NCBI GenBank assembly: GCA_963845755.1
Contig: CAWJTV010000034.1
Coordinates: 480,001-544,000 of the forward strand
Length of the DNA: 64,000 nt
Direction: 5' to 3'
Source of the DNA: an uncultured Planctomycetota bacterium
GTDB taxonomy: Bacteria; Planctomycetota; Planctomycetia; Isosphaerales; Isosphaeraceae
The notes under the pieces were generated by a model. The model was not told the origin of the DNA, ran no database searches, and saw only the letters and a program-made list of their open reading frames with translations. The translations under genes and the position numbers were made by a program. Below are positions 47,566 through 54,765 of the stretch, piece by piece (the stretch's first letter is position 1; each line of letters opens with the position of its first letter).

Positions 47566-48660
47566 TCAGCTCGAGCCGAGTCCCTCATACTCGGGGGATA
47601 GCCGGTAACTCCGCGACTTCCTGGCCGGGTCAACCACGAGCACGAACCCGCCGCTCACCCATGAAGAGAGGATGTTCCGGGCCGTCCTCTGGGAGACGCC
47701 GAAGAGGCCCTCGACGTCGCGGCTGGTGATGACGACCGAGCGGCGGAAGAGCTCCAGGGCCCGGCGCCGGCGGGGGTCGAGGCGACGCAGCGCGGCCGAG
47801 TCATCCCTCATGCCCCGGTCGGCGGCCTCCCGGGCGCGGCGGCGGACGCTCTCGAAGCTGTCGGCCATGCCCGCGCAGAAGTATTCGACCCACGCCGTGA
47901 TGTCCGCCTCGGCACGGCCCTGATAGTAATTGTGCGACGGCCCGACCGCCAATGCCCGGTAGTAGGCCGACAGGTCTCTGGCGTAGTATTCTTCCAGCGA
48001 ATAGAGCCCCTTCAGGTCGTACCCGCCCCGGTGGAGGATCAGGGTCGTCAGGAGCCTCGCCGTGCGGCCGTTGCCGTCGTAGTAGGGGTGGATCGTGGCG
48101 AACTGGTAGTGGGCGATCCCGGCGCGGATCGGGCACGGGACGCCCTCGTGCTCGCTGCGCCGGAGCCAGTCGACGAGCTCCTCCATGAGCCGGGGGACAT
48201 CCGATGCCTCCGGGGGCATGTAGACGATCCGACGGCTGCCGGCGTCGCGGATCACGTTCTGCCCGCCCCGGTATGGGGTGGGCTTCTTCACCGCCTTGCC
48301 GCTGGCCATCACGAGGGCGTGAAGGGTTCGGACCTGGAGGTCCGTCACGTCCCCTCCCTGGGCCGCGAATCGTTCGAGCCGCTCGATCGCCGCGTAGTAG
48401 CCGAGGACCTCGGCCTCGTCTCGCTCCCGGCCCGGGAAATGCCTCCCCTGCTCGATCAACGAGGAGACCTCCTCCCGAGCGAGGCGGTTGCCCTCGATCA
48501 TCGTGGAGTAGTGGGTGGAGAAGAGCCGCGCGGTCTCGCGGAGGCCGGCGAGCACGGAGGACGTGATCGGCAGGTCCTCCACGGCCTGCCGGGCCGCCTC
48601 GATCCTCATGAGGTGGGTCGCGGTGCGGGGCGTGATCCGGTAGTTGGGCTCGAACGGCAT
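47566..48660 (-). CDS. Fic family protein with C-terminal HTH (cargo 2)
   Basis: STMIEGN; HPYYDGNGRTAR Fic motif. Confidence 0.92.
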   Translation of the reverse strand: MPFEPNYRITPRTATHLMRIEAARQAVEDLPITSSVLAGLRETARLFSTHYSTMIEGNRLAREEVSSLIEQGRHFPGRERDEAEVLGYYAAIERLERFAAQGGDVTDLQVRTLHALVMASGKAVKKPTPYRGGQNVIRDAGSRRIVYMPPEASDVPRLMEELVDWLRRSEHEGVPCPIRAGIAHYQFATIHPYYDGNGRTARLLTTLILHRGGYDLKGLYSLEEYYARDLSAYYRALAVGPSHNYYQGRAEADITAWVEYFCAGMADSFESVRRRAREAADRGMRDDSAALRRLDPRRRRALELFRRSVVITSRDVEGLFGVSQRTARNILSSWVSGGFVLVVDPARKSRSYRLSPEYEGLGSS

Positions 48661-48979
48661 TCGGCGGCACTTTCTCGGTCGGTTTCCTTGCCGTTATTGT
48701 GCCGTTAAAGTGCCGATAAATCAAGCGATCGGTGTGGGTCGAGGTAGGCACTCTGCTCACAACCTGGGACGCGTATCTGGATTGCGGCGTCGCCGGCGAG
48801 GCGGCGGGGGGTGAACGCCGACATTGCGATTAGTCCGACGCTTGGGCGGTCTAGACAAGCGCATGTCCCGCCGGGCCGGCTCGATGGCCGCCCCGCCCCG
48901 GGCCCGGCCCGGCCGATCGCCGGACGGAGCCGGTTCGTCCAACAGACGGGGCGGAGTCGGGCCGGAGCCGGCGACGTTG

Positions 48980-49005
48980 CTTGCTTCGGTGGGATCGACG
49001 AATGG
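48980..49005 (+). other. putative recombination core site S5 (A-arm split by intron)
   Basis: CTTGCTTCGGT-GGGATCG-ACGAATGG(|CAC). Confidence 0.65.
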
Positions 49006-51443
49006 GTGCGCCGTGGCTAAGGTTTGTCTGGTCTTGTCGGGAGTGCCCCGACCCCGCTGGAAGAAGGCGGGTCAAACGTTCCGCTGACCTTCAACCGAAA
49101 GGATCGAGGGGACAACAGCATGCGGAAGAAGCGACGTGAGGCCCAGCGTCAAAGGGCCGAGAGACGTTCGCAAGTTAGGCCACGCATGGGTAAGGCTGGA
49201 TTGCTTGAACTCCAGTCCCAGTGGGTGTGCCCGATCACCGCCGGGAATGACGCTGAAACCCGGATTCCTGTCTCACGGGGGCATGCCATTCACCTCCGTG
49301 ATCTTCCGGCAGGACACACCCTGCAATGAGCAGGGGCAAGGGATGAACGGAGGCCCTCAACGTGGACCGGACCTGACCGACAACCACGGGATCGCCTAAC
49401 GGCAGCAATGCCCAAGGCGACAGAGTCCCCGTAGTAGGCATCGGCCCAAGGGGGACAGGACACAGGGCTTCACCAAGAAAGGGGTGACTCGGATGAGTCA
49501 TTCAGCCCTACTCAGGCTTGAAGCACTGCGGAAGTGCAACACGGACCTCAACTGGGTCAACGCGGATCTGTATCGACTCCTCTACAAGACGGATCTCTAC
49601 ATCGTCGCGTATGAGAAAATCAAATCCGCTCCCGGGAACTTGACTCCTGGCACCGACGGGATGACTCTCGATGGGTTCTCCATGGATGCCATCGACGACA
49701 TCGTGGCGACCCTGCGAGACGAGGGTTTCCAATTCAAGCCTTCGCGGCGGGAATACATTCCCAAGGCAAATGGCAAGATGCGGCCTCTCGGCATCTCATC
49801 CCCAAGGGACAAGATCGTCCAAGAGGTCATCCATGTGATCCTCGAAGCGATCTACGACAGTCCGAAAGGGCCTACCTTTAGCGACTGTAGCCATGGTTTT
49901 CGGCCTGGTCGAGGGACTCACACGGCCCTGCATGAGTTCAGGACCAAGTGGTCTGGTGTGACGTGGATCATCGAAGGGGATATAAAATCCTGCTTCGACG
50001 AGATCGATCACCACGTCCTGGTTTCCCTGATCCGGAAGAGGATCTCGGACGAACGCTTCATCGGCCTGATCTGGAAAGCACTCCGGGCAGGCTACCTATG
50101 GAGGAAGGAACCGGGGGCCTCGTTTATCGGGACCCCGCAGGGGAGCGTGGCCAGCCCTATCCTCGCCAACATCTACCTGCACGAACTCGACCTCTTCGTC
50201 GAGGGACTACAGCAGAAGTACGAGAAGGGCAGCAAGCGGAAGGACAGCCCCGAGTATCACCGGATCAACTATCGCAGGCAGCGAGCGTTGAAACGGTCAG
50301 GTGGGATCATGACGCCGGAGATTCGCGCTTTGACGAAACAGATGCGATCTCTCCCGTCGATGGACACGTTTGACCCTGGCTTCGTCAGAGTCAAATACAT
50401 CAGATATGCAGACGATTGGATCGTCGGCGTCACGGGGCCGAGGTCCCTGGCCGAACAGATCAAGGACGAGATTCAGGCGTTCCTATGGGACAGGCTGAAA
50501 CTGCAACTCAGCCAGGAAAAGACGGTCGTCACTCACGCCAAGACCGAGGAGGCCTTCTTTCTCGGGACGCGGCTTCAGGTGGGGGCCGTCAACCCACAGC
50601 CCAAGGTTACCCACTGCCACAACCAACGGCGGCACTACCGGCGCCGGTGTACGGGGTGGAGCCCGCTGATGCGAGCGCCGATCAGGAAACTGGTCAAGCG
50701 TCTTCACCAGAAGGGCTTCTGTGACGGTGAGGGCATCGCCCGATCCAAGACAGCGTGGGTCTGCCTGGAGGTGAAGCACATCATCGAACTGTTCAACAGC
50801 ACCAATTGGGGGCTGTTGAACTACTACAGGTTTGCTGACAACTTCGCCTCCATGAGCCGTATCCAGTACATCCTGCATTTGTCACTTGCGAAGACCTTAG
50901 CCCACAAGTTGCAGAAGCCCGTTAAGCAGCTCCTCTGCGAACACGGACGCACTCTGCAATTCAACTGGAAAGACGGCGAGGGGAAGGAACGGAACACCTT
51001 CTTCAAAGCCAACTCCGACTGGACCCGGAACCCCACGGCATTTCTAACGGGAAGAGATCAAACCGACCCACTGGAGATGCACGTCCGATTCCGGACAAGG
51101 TCCCGCCTGGACCACCCATGCATCATCTGCGAAACAACGGTCGGGGTGCAGATGCACCACGTCCGTCACATCCGAAAGATGGAGGGCAAACCTGTCGGTG
51201 GGTTTGCCTGGCTGATGCGACTCCAGAACCGGAAGCAAGTGCCCGTCTGCCGAGAGTGCCACCGTAAGATCCACCGAGGAGAATATGATGGCCTCCGACT
51301 GGCGGACCTGGCATACCGGGTTGGACCGTGACACAAATGTAGATCCTGTGTCTGGAGAGCCGGATGCACGAAAACGTGCCTGTCCGGTTCGGGAGGGGGC
51401 GGTTGGATTCCCTTGAGATCAAGGGGCTGGCCGCCTACCTCAT
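49006..51443 (+). mobile_element. group IIA (ML class, LtrB-like) intron, copy 2, 2,438 nt
   Basis: GTGCG at 49006; EBS2 near 49231-49238; delta/EBS1 TGCCATTC 49284-49291; domain V 51357-51390 (GAGCCGGATGCACGAAAACGTGCCTGTCCGGTTC); ends CCTACCTCAT at 51443. Confidence 0.93.
49493..51331 (+). CDS. ltrA: intron-encoded reverse transcriptase/maturase with HNH endonuclease (LtrA-like); translation identical to copy 1
   Basis: same motifs as copy 1; AAGGGGTG ribosome-binding site before ATG 49493. Confidence 0.93.
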   Translation: MSHSALLRLEALRKCNTDLNWVNADLYRLLYKTDLYIVAYEKIKSAPGNLTPGTDGMTLDGFSMDAIDDIVATLRDEGFQFKPSRREYIPKANGKMRPLGISSPRDKIVQEVIHVILEAIYDSPKGPTFSDCSHGFRPGRGTHTALHEFRTKWSGVTWIIEGDIKSCFDEIDHHVLVSLIRKRISDERFIGLIWKALRAGYLWRKEPGASFIGTPQGSVASPILANIYLHELDLFVEGLQQKYEKGSKRKDSPEYHRINYRRQRALKRSGGIMTPEIRALTKQMRSLPSMDTFDPGFVRVKYIRYADDWIVGVTGPRSLAEQIKDEIQAFLWDRLKLQLSQEKTVVTHAKTEEAFFLGTRLQVGAVNPQPKVTHCHNQRRHYRRRCTGWSPLMRAPIRKLVKRLHQKGFCDGEGIARSKTAWVCLEVKHIIELFNSTNWGLLNYYRFADNFASMSRIQYILHLSLAKTLAHKLQKPVKQLLCEHGRTLQFNWKDGEGKERNTFFKANSDWTRNPTAFLTGRDQTDPLEMHVRFRTRSRLDHPCIICETTVGVQMHHVRHIRKMEGKPVGGFAWLMRLQNRKQVPVCRECHRKIHRGEYDGLRLADLAYRVGP

Positions 51444-51668
51444 CACTAGCTTAAGCGTAACAGCTTATGCCATTGGAGTTTAGGCACGGGTCGTCAGGCA
51501 TATTTTCAGCGATTGCAAATATTCGCTTGTAATATTGATAGAGGATTTGGCCTCAATTCAAGCCACATGGACCCAGCCTTATATCCTCCTGAGTACTACT
51601 GATGGGATAAACATTGCGACGCAACTCATTTTCTAAAAAAGAGTTACGCTTAAGCTAGTGCCATTCGT
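51444..51668. repeat. non-coding linker L2 (233 bp including 48998-49005); left arm interrupted by intron copy 2
   Basis: same terminal inverted repeat and length as L1, with a diverged but alignable core. Confidence 0.8.
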
Positions 51669-51686
51669 GGGATCGACCGAAGCACC
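51658..51686 (-). other. putative recombination core site S6
   Basis: GTGCCATTCGT-GGGATCG-ACCGAAGCACC. Confidence 0.65.
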
Positions 51687-51928
51687 TTCGAAACATGCCT
51701 TGTGGCTGGACGCCACTCTGTGCGTCTGTCACCTTCGACTCGTGAACGGGCACCGATGAAGAGGTTCGATCAAACCGGGTGTCGGGATTTCGCGATCCAA
51801 CTTGGTGTCGCGTGACAGGACGCGTCTCCTCCGAAACTCATCACGAGCGCGGGCGAAGCCCGCCACCGCTGGCGTTGGCGCCTAGAGCGATTCACGCTTG
51901 GGTGGCTGACGGTCGGGGGACAGAGCCC

Positions 51929-53325
51929 CATACGAAACTGGTTAAGCCGCAATCCTTGGTGCGAACAGCAGTTGTCGCGTACTGGGGCGTTTCTTCCGTC
52001 GGCCACGCCGGGGCAAACGACTCAAGCGGACTCGCAGTTTCTCCAACACCCGCCGCAACCGCGCTGGGTCGCTCAGCGCCGCGGCGATTTGCAATGCCAG
52101 CCGCTTCACCCGCCGAGCCGCCCGGACCAGGCTGATCCCACACAGGGGCCCTCCGCGCAGCAGCGTCCCCCAGTGCTGCACCAGCATCCCCAACAGCTTG
52201 GCATACCTCTCGCACAACACCCGCTGGCCCCGCCGACCCCGCGTCCGGTCCACACCCCCTCCCGATTTCCACGCCTTATACAACAACTCCACCTGCCAGC
52301 GGACACGATAAAGCACGCAGATTTCTTCAATTGTCAACGTGCCCGCCGGCAAATCGGTGATCAGCACCGTCCCCTGGCACATCACGCGCTGGCGATCACT
52401 CAGCGTCTTCCCCTTCTTCCGCAGCTCCTTTCGCAGCCGACGCAATCGGATCTCGGCCACCTCCCGGGGCACCCGCAGGGCCACCAACCGACAGCCCAAG
52501 GTCGCCTTGGTCCCCAGGACGACCGTAGTGTCGATCCGACCCTCCGTTTGCCGATCCAACCACGCGCTGATATTGACCCCACCCGGCTCACCGGCTCGCA
52601 CTTTCAACTGCGCCGGGACGCGGCTGATAAAGTGAATCCCCTTCTGCTGATCGGCGGCCAGTCGTTCCAGGTCGAAAAAGCCCAGGTCGCACAACCGCAG
52701 GCTGTTGGCAGGTAAGGGCGCCAGCTCCTCGGCCAGGGTTCGCTCAGAATCGCGCGCCGGTGCCGGTGGCTGAATCTCCAAGCGGCCGGTGGTCACATCC
52801 CACCGCGTCAAGAGCTTCCATCCCGCTTGACCGCCTTGGGGATCAGAGCCACCACAGCCGGGGAAGGATCCGGCCAATTCGGCCGGCAACCCGACGATGG
52901 TGACGTCCTCGACGGAAACGGTCGCGAAGCGGCGCAACAGCGGAATCATCTCGGGCCGGGCCGCGAACAGCAGGTTCAACGCCTTCTCGAGCACCCGACG
53001 CAAACAGTCCGCGGCGCGGGCGTTGAAGCGTTCGTTGAAAGCCGCCTCGCTGATGTCGAGGTCTTCAATGATCTCCTCAATGGTGGCGTCGGGATTCTCC
53101 AGCCAATGAAAGACCAGGGCCTGGACGAATCGGGACCCGGTGAGCTTGCGCTGGCGCCGAATCATGCCGGAATCCTTGGCAGCCTCATCGGCGTCGGTGG
53201 TGAAGAGGGCTTGCAAGGCATCAGCCAGTTGATCGATCGTGATGGTCATCCGGTACTCCTCCGGTGCGGAAATACTGATCAAATGTATTGTACCAGAGGA
53301 GTTACTTCTTAACCAGTTTCTCATG
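51929..53325 (-). mobile_element. IS4-family insertion sequence (~1.4 kb)
   Basis: terminal inverted repeats CATACGAAACTGGTTAAG / CATGAGAAACTGGTTAAG (16 of 18 match). Confidence 0.85.
51942..53249 (-). CDS. IS4 family transposase
   Basis: RRQRKL, DLGFFD, YRVRWQVELLYKAWKS (YREK motif). Confidence 0.9.
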   Translation of the reverse strand: MTITIDQLADALQALFTTDADEAAKDSGMIRRQRKLTGSRFVQALVFHWLENPDATIEEIIEDLDISEAAFNERFNARAADCLRRVLEKALNLLFAARPEMIPLLRRFATVSVEDVTIVGLPAELAGSFPGCGGSDPQGGQAGWKLLTRWDVTTGRLEIQPPAPARDSERTLAEELAPLPANSLRLCDLGFFDLERLAADQQKGIHFISRVPAQLKVRAGEPGGVNISAWLDRQTEGRIDTTVVLGTKATLGCRLVALRVPREVAEIRLRRLRKELRKKGKTLSDRQRVMCQGTVLITDLPAGTLTIEEICVLYRVRWQVELLYKAWKSGGGVDRTRGRRGQRVLCERYAKLLGMLVQHWGTLLRGGPLCGISLVRAARRVKRLALQIAAALSDPARLRRVLEKLRVRLSRLPRRGRRKKRPSTRQLLFAPRIAA

Positions 53326-53383
53326 GGGCGTCAGCCCCCTGTCCGGTGAGCGACGGACCTCCAAGACAGGGGGCTGACGCCCC
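53325..53383. repeat. GC-rich hairpin (19-bp stem) between two IS elements
   Basis: GGGGCGTCAGCCCCCTGTC...GACAGGGGGCTGACGCCCC. Confidence 0.75.
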
Positions 53384-54765
53384 TGTCACCCGACAGTAGG
53401 TTTTGCCGCGAATCCCGACAAAAAGGTTTTGCCGCCTCGTGGCGGGGGGTAGTCTGTGATGGTCCGATCCTGCCAACTCCTGCGAGGGTCACTATGCCCG
53501 CTCCACTCCCGCCGACAACCCGGCGCCTCATCTTGCTACGATCCCGTCGCGGCCAGACCGCGGCGGCCATCGCGGACGCCCTGCATCTCTGCCCCCGCAC
53601 GGTCCGGCACCTGCTCCAGCGGGCTCGCGACCCGGCGAGCCCTCAGGGGACCGCTTATCGGCCCGGTCCGGGGCGGCCCGCCGACGACCACCCGCTCCGA
53701 GCCCAGGCCCTGGCCCTGCGACAGCAGCATCCGACCTGGGGAGCGGGCTACATCCGCGTCCGCCTGGCCACCGAGGCCGACCCGGCGACGGTGCCTAGCG
53801 AGCGCGCACGTTGCGGCGCTGGTTCCGCCGCCAGCGGCACCCGCCTGCGGCGGGGGGACGGCGGTCGCCGTCGGCCGCCGACCGTGCCATCGCCCCGCAT
53901 GACATCTGGCAGAGGGACGCCGCGGAGCAACTCCGCACGGCCGACGGCCAGGGCGCTGCTGGCTGCGGCTGGTGGATGAATATACGGGGGCCTTCCTGGG
54001 CACCACGGTTTTCCCCCCACTACTACTGGGCCCACGTCCCCGAGGCCGAGGTGCAGCGGCACTTGCACCGCGCCTTCGAGCGGTGGGGGCTGCCGCGCCG
54101 CATGCGGGTCGATAACGGCAAGCCGTGGGGGTCCTGGAGCGACCTGCCCCCCGCGCTGGCGTTGTGGCTGATCGGCCTGGGGGTCGGCGTGATCTGGAAC
54201 GACCCGCGGCGGCCGCAACAGAACGGCGTGGTGGAGCGGTCGCAGGGGACGGCCAAGCGGTGGGCGGAGCCGCACGCCTGCGGCAACCCGGCGGAGCTGC
54301 AGGCCCGCCTGGACGCCGACGACCGGTTGCAGCGGGAGCGGTATCCCGTCGCCGGGGGACACAGCCGTTGGGAGCTGTTCCCGGGTCTGGCGCACAGCGG
54401 CCGCGCCTACCGCGAGGCGGACGAGGCCGGCGCGTGGTGCCGGGGGCGGGTGCGCGACCACCTAGCGGAGTGGGCCGTGCCGCGCCGGGTGGACAGCCAG
54501 GGAAAGGTGTCGATCTATAACAGGAATATCTATGTAGGAGTGTTATATGCGGGCCGGGACGTCTGGGTCCAGTTCGACCCGGGGCACGGCGAGTGGCTGA
54601 TCAACGACGGCGGGGGCCAGCAGCTGCGGGCCCGGCCGGCCCCCGAGATCGACGCGGAGTCGATCCGCGGGTTGCGATTGTCGGGACGGAAGTAGGGACC
54701 GCCGGGTGTCCATGCGGCAAAACCTTTATGTCGGGATTCGCGGCAAAACCTACTGTCGGGTGACA
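53384..54765 (+). mobile_element. IS481-like insertion sequence (1,382 bp)
   Basis: ~52-bp terminal inverted repeats TGTCACCCGACAGTAGGTTTTGCCGCGAATCCCGACA...; GCCCC duplication at 53379-53383 and 54766-54770. Confidence 0.88.
53494..54695 (+). CDS. HTH + integrase-core (DDE) transposase, frameshifted
   Basis: N-terminal HTH, HPTWGA, WQRD, RVDNGKPWG, PQQNGVVERS. Confidence 0.8.

Larger units (their letters stand above)
41288..51817. mobile_element. 10,530-bp non-autonomous transposon with IS481-like ends carrying a cassette array
   Basis: 51-bp perfect terminal inverted repeats (41288-41338 and 51767-51817, TGTCACGCGACACC...); GGACG direct repeat at 41283-41287 and 51818-51822; no transposase inside. 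Confidence 0.88.

Noticed and set aside
41808..51331. RT genes as retron, DGR, CRISPR-RT or Abi RT
   Set aside because: Full group II intron RNA features are present (GTGCG start, domain V/VI, EBS/IBS pairing, precise exon rejoining), together with LtrA-like maturase and HNH domains.
41452..51686. Classical integron attC sites or canonical dif sites
   Set aside because: No RYYYAAC/GTTRRRY cores, no intI gene, the sites alternate in orientation, and there is no TTATGTTAAAT-like XerD arm. The comparison is by analogy only.
41288..51817. Inverted duplication as an assembly fold-back artefact
   Set aside because: The 5-bp duplication, diverged linkers in direct orientation, different spacers and point differences between the introns are not expected from a fold-back. 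Spanning reads should still confirm it.
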